From assembly GCA_964644565.1 (NCBI GenBank), contig CAZXWO010000002.1, forward strand, positions 35,244 to 99,243: DNA of 64,000 nucleotides, written 5' to 3'. The position numbers and the translations under genes were made by a program. This DNA comes from an uncultured Thermoplasmata archaeon (GTDB lineage Archaea; Thermoplasmatota; Thermoplasmata; UBA10834). The notes beneath the pieces are model-generated. The model searched no databases, had not been told where the DNA came from, and saw nothing but the letters and a program-made list of their open reading frames with translations. Positions 47,562-57,285 of the stretch are shown one piece after another. Each line of letters opens with the position of its first letter. The first letter of the stretch is position 1.

Positions 47562-49133
47562 ATGCTAGTGGTAGCGAGAAGGGCGGATGCGGTCTTCTAC
47601 AACGGCAAGGTTTACACGTTTGACCCGGAGATCCGAATCGCACGTGCGCTCGCAGTCTCGGACGGCGAGATAATCGCCGTCGGGACAGACTCGGAAATCA
47701 GGGGGTCAGCCCCCAGGGGCTGCGACAAGTACGACCTCGGGGGGAAGGTGGTGGTGCCGGGGTTCATCGACAGCCACACACACTTCGTGAACATGGGCGT
47801 GGACATGATGAACGTCGACCTGATGTCCACGACGTCGATGGCCGAGGCGCTCACCAAGATGAAGGCGGGGGCCAAGAAGGCCGTTGCCGGTGAGTGGGTC
47901 ATCGGCTCAGGCTGGTCCGAGAGCCGCTGGGGCGGCTCCCGGTTCATGAACAGGGAGGACATGGACTCGTGCTGCCCTGACCACCCTGCGGTCGCCCACA
48001 GGATATGCATGCACATGTCGTCGCTGAACTCCAAGGCGATCGAACTGCTGGGCCTGGACGCCAGCATACCCGGCGTCGAGGTCGACGCAGGGGGGCGGCT
48101 GACGGGGATCGTTAAGGAGTCCGCGGTGAACGTAATCAGGGAAGCCACGCGCCCTGACAAGGCGAAGAACGCCAAGGCGCTCGGGCTGGCGACCCGGAGG
48201 GCCCACTCGCTGGGTGTGACGTCGGTGCAGGACAACGGGTCGTCCGAGCACCTCTCGGTGTACCAATCGGCAGAGCGGTCCGGCAAGCTTGGGGTGAGGG
48301 TATCGTTCAACGTGCCAGCAGCCGAGCTGGACGCGATGCTCAGACTGCACATGTCCACCGGACTGGGCTCCGAGTCCCTGAGGGTCGGCGGGGTCAAGCT
48401 CTTCTGCGACGGTGCGCTCGGCGCGAGGACCGCCGCCCTGTCCGAACCCTATTCCGACAATCCCGGGAACATGGGCATGTTCGTGCAGGAGAGGGAAGCC
48501 CTGGACGACCTGGTCATGAGGGCGAGCGCGGCCGACATCCAGCTAGTCGTGCATGCGATAGGGGACATGGGCATAGAGGCCGTCGTGTCGTCCATAGAGG
48601 CCGCATTGGCCGCGTCCCCCAAGAGGGACCACAGGCACCGGATAGAACACCTGGAGCTCCCCACGCCTCAGCACCTGCGCAGGATGAGGAAGCTGAAGAT
48701 CATCGCTTCGATGCAGCCGAACTTCGTTGGCGAATGGGGCGGCACCAACGGGATGTACTACAGCCGCCTGGGGGAGAAGCGCGCGGTGAGGAACAACCCC
48801 TTCAAGGAGGTCCTGGCCGCTGGCGTGAGGATGGTGTTCGGCTCCGACTGCATGCCATTCTCGCCCCTGTACGGCATAGTCTCTGCCGTCGGCGCGCCGC
48901 ATGAAGCACAACGGATCACGGCCGAGGAGGCCTTCGCCGCCTACACCCGTGAGGCCGCCTACGCGTCCTTCGAGGAAGCGCGCAAGGGGACGATATCCCC
49001 GGGCAAGCATGCGGACCTGGTCGTCCTCTCCTCGGACCCCTTCGTCGGGGCAGGGGAGGTCGAGGACGTCGTCGTGATGAAGACCGTCGTGGGCGGGGAG
49101 ATCGTCTACGAACGCAAGAAGAGGGGAGGCTGA
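47562..49133 (+). CDS. Amidohydrolase-3 family metal-dependent hydrolase (YtcJ-like)
   Basis: GFIDSHTHF metal-binding motif near the N-terminus; 523 aa; conserved HAIGD and C-terminal D..SD motifs. Confidence 0.8.
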   Translation: MLVVARRADAVFYNGKVYTFDPEIRIARALAVSDGEIIAVGTDSEIRGSAPRGCDKYDLGGKVVVPGFIDSHTHFVNMGVDMMNVDLMSTTSMAEALTKMKAGAKKAVAGEWVIGSGWSESRWGGSRFMNREDMDSCCPDHPAVAHRICMHMSSLNSKAIELLGLDASIPGVEVDAGGRLTGIVKESAVNVIREATRPDKAKNAKALGLATRRAHSLGVTSVQDNGSSEHLSVYQSAERSGKLGVRVSFNVPAAELDAMLRLHMSTGLGSESLRVGGVKLFCDGALGARTAALSEPYSDNPGNMGMFVQEREALDDLVMRASAADIQLVVHAIGDMGIEAVVSSIEAALAASPKRDHRHRIEHLELPTPQHLRRMRKLKIIASMQPNFVGEWGGTNGMYYSRLGEKRAVRNNPFKEVLAAGVRMVFGSDCMPFSPLYGIVSAVGAPHEAQRITAEEAFAAYTREAAYASFEEARKGTISPGKHADLVVLSSDPFVGAGEVEDVVVMKTVVGGEIVYERKKRGG

Positions 49134-49138
49134 GGGAA

Positions 49139-49528
49139 TTGACCGGCCTCCCGTCGGCGGTGTTCTCCGGCTCAGCCCCGCGGCCGATAGGCCCGTACTC
49201 CCAGGCCGTCAGGGCGGGGGGTTTCCTGTTCATGTCCGGACAGCTCGGCGTCGACCCTGGGACGGGCACCGTCGTCGATGGAGGGGCCGCCGAGCAGGCC
49301 GAAGCCGCGCTGCGCAACATCTCGGCGGTGCTTGAGGCCGCGGGGGCGGGCATCGGCGACGTGGTCAAGGTCTCGATCTATCTCCGGGACATCGCGGACT
49401 TCCCGGCGGTGAACGAGGTGTACGCGCGCCACTTCTCGTCCTGGAAGCCCGCTCGCACAACCGTGGGCGGCCTCATGCTGCCGAAGGGCGCCCTCGTGGA
49501 GGTCGACGCGATAGCGATGGCCCCTTGA
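49139..49528 (+). CDS. ridA: RidA / YjgF / L-PSP family reactive-intermediate deaminase
   Basis: PIGPYSQAVRAGGFLFMSGQLGVDP...ARTTVGGLMLPKGALVEVDAIA, classic RidA signature. TTG start. Confidence 0.8.
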   Translation: MTGLPSAVFSGSAPRPIGPYSQAVRAGGFLFMSGQLGVDPGTGTVVDGGAAEQAEAALRNISAVLEAAGAGIGDVVKVSIYLRDIADFPAVNEVYARHFSSWKPARTTVGGLMLPKGALVEVDAIAMAP

Positions 49529-49745
49529 GGCGTCTTCCCCTCGCAAGACGTTTTTTCGCAATTCGTTGCACTAACACGCCATAGTACTGTTCAAAGGTTC
49601 GATTTCGTGTCGTTTGTTTGCTGTTCTTCTAACGGCCCGGCATCGGCACCCGGCAACGTTTAAGTAGATTGGAGGAGTACGGTCTATATCGGGCCGTGGA
49701 GGCCCATTTTGAGTTGAGTCAGGTAGGGAGATTGGAGGTGCAAAC

Positions 49746-50933
49746 ATGAAAGCATTGGTTCTAGGGGCTTCGGGGCAGATAGGAGCGTACACGGTCCAGG
49801 ACCTGGTCCAGATGTGCGGTGTGAAGGACATCGTGGCATCGAGCAGGAAGATGGCGAACGTGAAGAAGGCGATGGCGGACCTGAAGCTCGACAAGAAGGT
49901 CAAGTTGATGGAGCTCGACGCGCACGACAGGGAGAAGGTGCTCAAGACCATCAAGTCTGAGAAGATCGACGCCGTGGTCAACTGCGCGTGGTACCAGACG
50001 AACCTGGGCGTGATGGACGCCTGCGTCAGGGGAGGTGCGACATACACCGACCTGGGCGGGTTCTTCGACACATGCCTCAAGCAGATCGACCTGCACAAGA
50101 AGTGGAAGGACGCGGGAGTGAACGCGACGATCGGCCTGGGCAGCACGCCCGGGATGACCAACGTCGCGGGGGCCGCCGGTGCTAAGAAGCTCGACAGCGT
50201 CGACGCGATAGACATCGTGTGCTCCTGGGGAAACACGCTCCCTGTCAAGGAGGCGGGCTGGCCAGGCTACTCGATCAGGACGGTCCTCGACGAGTTCACG
50301 CAGGAATCCGTGCAGTGGGTCAACGGGAAGTACCAGAAGCAGAAAATCCTCGGTGGCGAGAAGGAGGTAGTGATGCCGGACCCGATCGGCAAGATCAAGT
50401 CGTACTTCATCAAGCACTCCGAGCCAGCGACCATGGGGAAGTACCTGAAGGCCAAGAACGTGACTTTCAGGATCGGCTTCCCGATGCACGACATGACCAC
50501 CTTCCTGACACTGAGGGCCCTGGGGTTCGCTGACGAGAATTCCTTGGAGGCGAGCGGGTGCAAGATCTCGCCGCTGGACTACCTCACCTCGATGTACCAG
50601 AGGGGCGTGTCTGAGGGCAGGGCCGCTCCTCCGAAGGAGGAGTTCGAGTACGACATGTTCAGGATCGACTGCGCGGGCAGGAAGGACGGCATGCCCATGA
50701 CCGTGACCTATTACATAGTAACGTGGAACGACCCGGTCAGGGGAGTGTCGTCCGCAAGGGACACCGCGGTGCCGCCGGCGATAGTCGCCCACTGGCAGAT
50801 GACCAAGAAGATCAAGGAGCCAGGCGTGTTCCCGGCCGAGGCGACCGTCGACCCTGAGCCGTTCTTCGAGGAGCTCGGCAAGAGGAAGATCAAGGTCGAC
50901 GAGGTCGTGACCACGGCGCAGAAGTACTACTGA
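49746..50933 (+). CDS. Saccharopine dehydrogenase-family NAD(P)-dependent oxidoreductase (LysDH / carboxynorspermidine DH-like)
   Basis: N-terminal Rossmann KALVLGASGQIGAY, Sacchrp_dh_NADP and C-terminal Sacchrp_dh_C-like regions. Confidence 0.7.
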   Translation: MKALVLGASGQIGAYTVQDLVQMCGVKDIVASSRKMANVKKAMADLKLDKKVKLMELDAHDREKVLKTIKSEKIDAVVNCAWYQTNLGVMDACVRGGATYTDLGGFFDTCLKQIDLHKKWKDAGVNATIGLGSTPGMTNVAGAAGAKKLDSVDAIDIVCSWGNTLPVKEAGWPGYSIRTVLDEFTQESVQWVNGKYQKQKILGGEKEVVMPDPIGKIKSYFIKHSEPATMGKYLKAKNVTFRIGFPMHDMTTFLTLRALGFADENSLEASGCKISPLDYLTSMYQRGVSEGRAAPPKEEFEYDMFRIDCAGRKDGMPMTVTYYIVTWNDPVRGVSSARDTAVPPAIVAHWQMTKKIKEPGVFPAEATVDPEPFFEELGKRKIKVDEVVTTAQKYY

Positions 50934-50969
50934 GCCGTGGGGAACCCCGTCAAACCCCTTACACGGTTT

Positions 50970-52622
50970 TCATCCGACCTTCGGGTCCGCCTTCTCCTCC
51001 GCGGGGAGGAGGCCCATCATCCTGGCCATGGCCACGGTGAAGTCCTCGATGACCACGTCCACCGTGGCCTTGTCCACGGGCACCTTATCCTGGACCGCGC
51101 ACTTGAAGTGTATCTGGCACTTGGGGCAGAAGAGCAGCATCCTGCTCGCCCCGGTCTTCTTCGCTTCCACGACCCGGTCGACCTGCATCCTCTTGGCGTT
51201 CGCGTTGCAGTTGGCCCATCCCGCGACGCCGCAACACAGGGCCTTGTCGCGTGTGTTGGGCATCTCGAGCAGCTCGCAGCCCTTCATCGAGGCGGCCAGG
51301 GCCCTCGGGCTGTCGTACACCCCGGAGTGCCTGCCGAGCCTGCACGAGTCGTGGTAGGTGAACTTGAACGGCTCGCCAGGGGCCCCCTCGACCTTCAGCT
51401 GCCCAGAGTCGATGAGCTCCTTGAGGTAGTCAGCGATGTGCTGGGTCTCGAACCCGAGCTCGCCCATGAGGTCTGCGTAGTCCATGTTGAACGTCCGGTA
51501 GCACTCCGGGCACGTGAACACGACCTTCTTGGCGCCGGAGGCCTTCACGACCTTGATGTTGTGCTCCATCAGCTTCTCGAAGTTGCCCTCGTCGCCCGTC
51601 CAGTTGAGGTCGTGGCCGCAGCACTTCTCGTCGTTGCTGACGGCCGGAACGACCCCGGCCTTGTTCATCAGCCTCACGGCCCCCTCGCATATCGAGGTCA
51701 TGTCCAGGCCCTCCCTGTCGCTGAAGATGGCATCGTAGTGCGGGAGGCACCCGACGAAGTAGAAGACGTCCCCCTTGTCGGAGACCTTCATGTCCTCCTT
51801 GACCCACCTGAGCCGGTCCTGCCTGAGGTCCGAGTTCGCCATGATCCTCTGGGCGGAGTGTATGATCCCGCCCTTCGAGCACTGCGCCTCGGCCCCGGCG
51901 GCGGCCGCCTCCTCCCTCATGCCCCGTATGAACCCCGAGTAGTCGACCTTGTACGGGCACATGGAGTTGCACTGCTCGCATGTCACACAGGTCCAGATGT
52001 CCCTGTCGGTGGAGATGTTCTCCACGATCCCCTCCATCGCCCGGAGGACGATGGCCCTCGGGGCGAACTCAGTGTCGAACTTGGCCACGGGGCACACGGT
52101 GGTGCACTTCCCGCACTCGACGCAGTCGAACGCACCGGTGTCCTCGATGAGCCTCTTCACGGCTGCGGTGGTCTGGTCCTTGGACCTCGGGCCCTTCTTC
52201 TCCGCCGCCTTCGACAGTTTCAGGGGGCCGAGGGCGCGCACCTCGCCGACGAAGTCGGTGACGGACTTCGCGAACCTGGTCCTCTCGGAGGCGTTGATCC
52301 ACTCCGTCCTGAGCCTCCTGGAGTCGAGGCCCATTATGTCGAACAGCTCCTTGAGGGCATCCACCCTCTCCTGGGCCTTCTTGTTGCCCGACACGTAGTG
52401 GCAGTTGTCTATGAGGCAGCCGATGACTATCACGCCGTCGGCACCGTGCTCGAACGCGTCCATGATAACCGAGGGCTCGACGCTACCGCTGCACATCACC
52501 CTGACGATCCTGACGTTGGGCGGGTACTGTATCTTGTTCACACCAGCGAGGTTTGCCGACGGGTACCCGCACCAGGTGCAGGTGAAGGCCACTATCTTCG
52601 GCTCGAACGACTCCTCCGGCAT
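50970..52622 (-). CDS. MvhD-domain / HdrC-HdrB-like fusion iron-sulfur oxidoreductase (two 4Fe-4S motifs plus two CCG domains)
   Basis: N-terminal MvhD-like (KIVAFTCTWCGY...RVMCSG), ferredoxin CxxCxxCxxxCP motifs, two Cys-rich CCG domains (..CCGHDL.., ..CCGVAGW..). Confidence 0.75.
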   Translation of the reverse strand: MPEESFEPKIVAFTCTWCGYPSANLAGVNKIQYPPNVRIVRVMCSGSVEPSVIMDAFEHGADGVIVIGCLIDNCHYVSGNKKAQERVDALKELFDIMGLDSRRLRTEWINASERTRFAKSVTDFVGEVRALGPLKLSKAAEKKGPRSKDQTTAAVKRLIEDTGAFDCVECGKCTTVCPVAKFDTEFAPRAIVLRAMEGIVENISTDRDIWTCVTCEQCNSMCPYKVDYSGFIRGMREEAAAAGAEAQCSKGGIIHSAQRIMANSDLRQDRLRWVKEDMKVSDKGDVFYFVGCLPHYDAIFSDREGLDMTSICEGAVRLMNKAGVVPAVSNDEKCCGHDLNWTGDEGNFEKLMEHNIKVVKASGAKKVVFTCPECYRTFNMDYADLMGELGFETQHIADYLKELIDSGQLKVEGAPGEPFKFTYHDSCRLGRHSGVYDSPRALAASMKGCELLEMPNTRDKALCCGVAGWANCNANAKRMQVDRVVEAKKTGASRMLLFCPKCQIHFKCAVQDKVPVDKATVDVVIEDFTVAMARMMGLLPAEEKADPKVG

Positions 52623-52623
52623 C

Positions 52624-54423
52624 TCACGCCCCCTCCTGCACTATGGCCCTAATCTGCGCCTCGACCTGTCCCCTGAGGAAGTTGTAGACGGTGATCGCCT
52701 TGTTGCAGCAGACGACCGCGCAGGTGCCGCAGCCCTCGCACCTTATCTCGTCCACCTTGGACACGAGTACCCCGCGCTCCTTGTCCTCGACGACCGCGAT
52801 CGCCCCGTACTCGCATATCTCCTCGCAGCGGCCGCAGCCCCTGCACCTGTTCTCGTCGACGCAGGCGATGATCCTGGGGAACTTGACCTTGCCACGCTTC
52901 ATGACCTCGACGGCGCTCGCCGCGGCCGACTTGGCGTCCTCTATCGAGTACCTTATCCCCTTCGGCCCCTGGGCGGTGCCCGCGACGTATATCCCCCTCC
53001 TGAACTCCGAGGGGAACATCGGGTTGATGTCCTTCATGAACCGGTCGATGTCGGTCTGTATGTGGAGCATCTTGGCGATGCGGTCGCTCCCGTCCGAGGG
53101 CTCCTGGCCCACTGAGAGGACGACGAGGTCAGAGTCTATGTTCAGTAGCGTGTCTGAGTCGGTATCGAACGCGCGCACGAACATCTTCCCCTTGTCGAGG
53201 ACGATCTCGGAGATCCTCCCCCTCACGAAGTTGATGCCCTCCTCCTTGGCTGCGTCGTAGAACTCCTCGAAGCCCCTGTAGGGGCCCCTCAGGTCGATGT
53301 AGTGGATGTAGACGTTCGCCTCCGGGTCGAGCTTGACTATCTCCCTGGCCTGGCCGATGGCGTAGGTGCAGCACACGAGGGAGCAGTGGAGGTTGCCCTT
53401 CTGCTTGTCGCGGGACCCGACGCACTGGATGAAGTTGACGGTCTTCGGCCTCTTCTTGTCGGAGGGCCTCTGGAGGCCGGTCCCGGCCTCCCTCTGCTCC
53501 ACGATGAGCTGCTCGAGCTCCACGGTCGTTATGACGTCCGGGTGCTCGTACCTCAGCTCCGGGATCCTCTTTGGGTCGAAGGTCTTGGTCCCGGTCGCGA
53601 CGATTATGGTGCCGACGTCGAACTCCTTGGTGGAGCCGTCCTTGCCCCTCACCTTCACATGCCTCTTGCCGAACCCGCCCGTTATCTCCTCGACCTCCGT
53701 GTCGAGGAGCACCTCTATGTCCCTGTTCTGGGTGACCTCCTCGATCTTGGGGGTGAACACGCACTCCTTGCAGTACTGCATGCAGCATATGCCGCAGTTG
53801 TGGGTGGGGAAGGTCATGCTCAGCTTGTAGGCCCTCCCGCCGAGCTCGCCGGTCCTCTCGACGAGGTGGACCTTGAACCCCTGCGCCGCTATGTCCAGCG
53901 CGGCTGCCATGCCGGTGACCCCGCCGCCTATGACGAGGGCGGAGCCGAGTATGGGTACCTCGATGTCCTCCAGGGGCACGAGGTGCTCCGCCTTGGCGAC
54001 GGACCCCCTGACGAGGCTGAGGGCCTTGCCGGTCGCAGCGGCCCTGTCCGAGTGCACCCATGCGCACTGCTCGCGGATGTTGACCTGGTCGAAGAGGTAC
54101 TTGTTCATCCCCTCCTCCTCGAGGGACTTGCTGATGATCAGGCCCTGGATGTTCGGCGAGCAGGCGCCCACCGCGGCCCTGTCGAACCTCTTCTCCCGGT
54201 GCTCCTTCTTGAGGTACTCCTGGCCCTCCCTGGAGCAGAGCGCCTCGTGTATGCCCACGTGGGCCACGCCCGGCTGGCCCTTCAGCCTCTCTGCCAGGTC
54301 CTCGAGGTCGACCTTCCTGGAGATCTCTCCCCTGCATCCGCACAAGAAGACGGCGACGCCCTTGCGCTGTCCCTGAACTCCCTCGTCCGCGCCCATGTGA
54401 GACCCCTCCGACGACCGTGCCAT
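52624..54423 (-). CDS. hdrA: Heterodisulfide reductase subunit A-like FAD/FeS flavoprotein (HdrA)
   Basis: FAD-binding GGGVTGMAAA, multiple 4Fe-4S ferredoxin motifs (CRGCGRCEEIC, CEGCGTCAVVC), N-terminal Cys cluster. Stop lies 1 nt from the downstream MvhD-HdrBC start. Confidence 0.85.
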   Translation of the reverse strand: MARSSEGSHMGADEGVQGQRKGVAVFLCGCRGEISRKVDLEDLAERLKGQPGVAHVGIHEALCSREGQEYLKKEHREKRFDRAAVGACSPNIQGLIISKSLEEEGMNKYLFDQVNIREQCAWVHSDRAAATGKALSLVRGSVAKAEHLVPLEDIEVPILGSALVIGGGVTGMAAALDIAAQGFKVHLVERTGELGGRAYKLSMTFPTHNCGICCMQYCKECVFTPKIEEVTQNRDIEVLLDTEVEEITGGFGKRHVKVRGKDGSTKEFDVGTIIVATGTKTFDPKRIPELRYEHPDVITTVELEQLIVEQREAGTGLQRPSDKKRPKTVNFIQCVGSRDKQKGNLHCSLVCCTYAIGQAREIVKLDPEANVYIHYIDLRGPYRGFEEFYDAAKEEGINFVRGRISEIVLDKGKMFVRAFDTDSDTLLNIDSDLVVLSVGQEPSDGSDRIAKMLHIQTDIDRFMKDINPMFPSEFRRGIYVAGTAQGPKGIRYSIEDAKSAAASAVEVMKRGKVKFPRIIACVDENRCRGCGRCEEICEYGAIAVVEDKERGVLVSKVDEIRCEGCGTCAVVCCNKAITVYNFLRGQVEAQIRAIVQEGA

Positions 54424-54424
54424 C

Positions 54425-54871
54425 TCAGCAGGAGACGAAGTCGACGCCCTCTTCGAGCCTCGCCCTGCGCATCGCGTTGAACACGCCCTCGATTATGCAC
54501 GCCTCCGTCGCGTACCCGTAGAAGTCGCCCTTGTCGAAGACGGCGATGGTCGACACGCCCGAGTTGGCCATGGCTTTCGCGACCCACCTTATGTCCAGCG
54601 ACAGGTTCGTAAGTATCACGAGGGGCTGTGACATGATGTCCTTGACCTGCACCTTCGAGACGTCCCTGCCCTGGGCGACGACCTTCGCGAGGACGTCCTT
54701 CTTCGTGACGATGCCGTAGGCGTCGCTCTTGTTCTGCCTCGGGACGAGGAGGTAGTTGCAGCCGGTCTCCACCATCCTCTCTACCGCCCGCTTCGCGCTC
54801 TCCGACCGGTCTATGGTGGGCAGCTCGAAGGTCTTGACCACGTCCCGGAGGGTCAGCTTGGTCGCCTTCAC
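54425..54871 (-). CDS. CBS-domain pair protein
   Basis: Two CBS motifs. GTG start overlapping the upstream CBS gene stop (GTGA); the stop lies immediately upstream of the hdrA start codon. Confidence 0.6.
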   Translation of the reverse strand: MKATKLTLRDVVKTFELPTIDRSESAKRAVERMVETGCNYLLVPRQNKSDAYGIVTKKDVLAKVVAQGRDVSKVQVKDIMSQPLVILTNLSLDIRWVAKAMANSGVSTIAVFDKGDFYGYATEACIIEGVFNAMRRARLEEGVDFVSC

Positions 54872-55293
54872 CGCACCCCCTCCTTCGGGGCCGCCGGCGG
54901 GACCCCCGTTACGGCCCTGAGCACGTCCATGTCGGAGACGAACCCCAGGAAGTCCTCCTTCTCGAAGACAGCAAGCTTCGACACTCCCTCGTCGGCCATC
55001 TTCTTCGCGACCCACCTGAGGTCCAGGTCCATGTTGTTGGTGGTGACGAGGGGTTTCCTCGCTATGGACACGGCTGGGGCGCTGGTGATGTCCACACCTT
55101 CCGCGATCGCCTTCTCGACCACGTCCCACCTGGTGACTATCGCGTACGCGTCGTCCGGCCCCGTCCTGTCGACCAGGACATAGTCGGTCTTGCGCTCCAT
55201 CATGGCGACGAGCGCGTCCGCGACGGTGGCGTCAGACTTGACCTTCGATGGCACAGAATGACTTATGATGTCCCTGAGTTCCATGGCCTCCAC
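54868..55293 (-). CDS. CBS-domain pair protein
   Basis: 141 aa with two CBS motifs (..DYVLVDRTGPDDAYAIVTRWDVV.. / ..VSKLAVFEKEDFLGFVSDMDVL..). Confidence 0.7.
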   Translation of the reverse strand: MEAMELRDIISHSVPSKVKSDATVADALVAMMERKTDYVLVDRTGPDDAYAIVTRWDVVEKAIAEGVDITSAPAVSIARKPLVTTNNMDLDLRWVAKKMADEGVSKLAVFEKEDFLGFVSDMDVLRAVTGVPPAAPKEGVR

Positions 55294-55435
55294 TACTCCC
55301 CCACCAGAGGACGAATAGCTCCGTTATGTCCTTGACCGTATAAGTAAGTTCTTCGGGGGCGGCTGCCCTGTGCCAGCAACCCGTCTGCGGCGTCAGTGTG
55401 ATAAGATAATAGAGGAAGAAGTCAATCCGCGGACG

Positions 55436-56830
55436 ATGAGAGGCGGGCTAGATTCGCTCTTCAAGCCGCGGTCGGTGGCGGTGGTCGGGGCCTCCGCGAA
55501 CCCCGCCAAGATCAGCAACGTCGTCCTGAGGAACCTCTCAATGGGGGGTTTCAGGGTTATACCCGTCAACCCGAAGGAGAAGGAGATCCTCGGCCTGGAG
55601 TGCTTCCCCTCCGTCCAGTCGATCACAGGAGAGGTCGATCTGGCTCTGATCGCCCTTCCCGCCGAGGCCGCGGTGAGGGCGGCGGCGGAGTGCGTGGAGA
55701 AGGGCGTGGGGGTCGTGATAGTCACGTCATCGGGCTTCGCGGAGAGCGGGCCCGCCGGGAGGGCGCTGCAGGACCAGCTCGAGGCCGTGTTCGAGGGGAC
55801 GGGCACGAGGCTGCTCGGCCCCAACACCATGGGCGTGTTCGTCCCCGGCCACAGGCTCGACACGCTCCTGATCCCCGCGGAGAAGAGCCCCCGCCCACCC
55901 CAGGGCTCGGTCGCGATGGTCTCGCAGAGCGGGGCGGTGGCCATCGCCTTCCTGGAGAAGGCCGAGAGGGCCGGGATGGGGGTGTCGTCGTGCGTCTGCG
56001 TGGGCAACAAGGCCGACATAGAGGAGTGCGAGCTCCTGGAGCACTTCGCGGCGGACGGAGGGACAGACTGCATCTCGATGTACCTGGAGTCGTTCTCGGA
56101 CGGCAGGAGGTTCGTTGAGGCCGCCGGACGGGCCTCTGCCATGAAGCCGGTCGTGGTCCTGAAGTCAGGGAGGTCGGGCGCAGGTGCGAGGGCAGCGAGC
56201 TCGCACACGGGCGCGATGGCTGCCTCTTCTGACTCGCTGGTCGATGGCGCGCTCAGGCAGGCGGGGGTCGTAAGGGCGTACGACGAGGAGGAGCTCGTGG
56301 ACCTCTCAAGGGCCCTGGCGTACCTGGGGCATGCCAAGGGAGACAGGGTTTGCGTCGTGGCCAGTGCGGGTGGCTTCGGGGTGATAGCCTCGGACTACGT
56401 GGAGTCGCGCGAGCACGGGTTCGGCCTGAGGATGGCGGAACTGTCCGATGAGACCAAGCAGCGGCTCGCCACAATGGTGCCTTCCTATTCTTCGGTCGGG
56501 AACCCGGTCGACCTGACGGCGGAGGTCACGGACGACATGTACGACAAGGTCCTAGAGGTCCTCCAGGCCGACCCGGGCGTGGACTGCATAATGATGTCCC
56601 TGGAGCTGCAGCCCCCGAACGTGACGCAGGGGCTGGTCTCGGTGGCTGCCAGGAGGCGCAGCGCGAGCCCCGTCCCGATCGTCGTGAGCGCCTTCGGGGG
56701 CGGCGACATGAGGGATACGCTGGCCTCCCTGGAGAGGAGCAGGGTCCCGTCCTATCCGAACATACACAGGGCCGTCAGGGCCATCGCGGCGCTCGTCGAG
56801 AGGGGCCGCTATCTCGAGAAACAGAAATAA
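55436..56830 (+). CDS. acdA: Acetyl-CoA synthetase (ADP-forming) alpha subunit / NDP-forming acyl-CoA synthetase
   Basis: CoA-binding SVAVVGAS...VIPVNP, succinyl-CoA-synthetase-like catalytic His region (SSHTGAMA). Start at MRGGLDSLFKPRS. Confidence 0.8.
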   Translation: MRGGLDSLFKPRSVAVVGASANPAKISNVVLRNLSMGGFRVIPVNPKEKEILGLECFPSVQSITGEVDLALIALPAEAAVRAAAECVEKGVGVVIVTSSGFAESGPAGRALQDQLEAVFEGTGTRLLGPNTMGVFVPGHRLDTLLIPAEKSPRPPQGSVAMVSQSGAVAIAFLEKAERAGMGVSSCVCVGNKADIEECELLEHFAADGGTDCISMYLESFSDGRRFVEAAGRASAMKPVVVLKSGRSGAGARAASSHTGAMAASSDSLVDGALRQAGVVRAYDEEELVDLSRALAYLGHAKGDRVCVVASAGGFGVIASDYVESREHGFGLRMAELSDETKQRLATMVPSYSSVGNPVDLTAEVTDDMYDKVLEVLQADPGVDCIMMSLELQPPNVTQGLVSVAARRRSASPVPIVVSAFGGGDMRDTLASLERSRVPSYPNIHRAVRAIAALVERGRYLEKQK

Positions 56831-56915
56831 ACAGACTTGGGGCCCCGACTCCGGCCAGTGACCTTGCGGGCCAAAGCCGAGAGGCGTTCTCCCCGGAAGA
56901 GGGAAAGGTTTGAGG

Positions 56916-57068
56916 TCACTCGCCAATCCTGAAGACCTTCGTGCCGCACTTCGGGCAGATGCCCTTCGTTGCCGGCTTGCCGTTCTTCAGCTTGACCTTC
57001 TTCGCGTCCTTCATCTCAATAGACTTCTTGCACTTGACACAGTAGGCCTTAACCAAGTATCCCACCAT
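56916..57068 (-). CDS. Small zinc-ribbon protein (50 aa)
   Basis: MVGYLVKAYCVKCKKSIEMKDAKKVKLKNGKPATKGICPKCGTKVFRIGE: CxxC...CxxC ribbon, very basic. Not in the ORF track (below size cutoff). Confidence 0.45.
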   Translation of the reverse strand: MVGYLVKAYCVKCKKSIEMKDAKKVKLKNGKPATKGICPKCGTKVFRIGE

Positions 57069-57285
57069 CCCTGTATCGTTTCGTGTTGATATAAAGCCTT
57101 ATTGATGGCTCCAGCGGGGACGCCCTCGCCGCCCCCCCTCTGGTTACCCAGAGGGGGAGGCCCATTGGCAAGTATGATATACTCGGTGGAACTGATTCCG
57201 GTCATCGGATGGGGTGCCCTTGCCTGCAGAATCCGCCCGCGAGCCACATGACCAGCGGAGCGGGGGCGGGGAAACGTTCTCCTCC

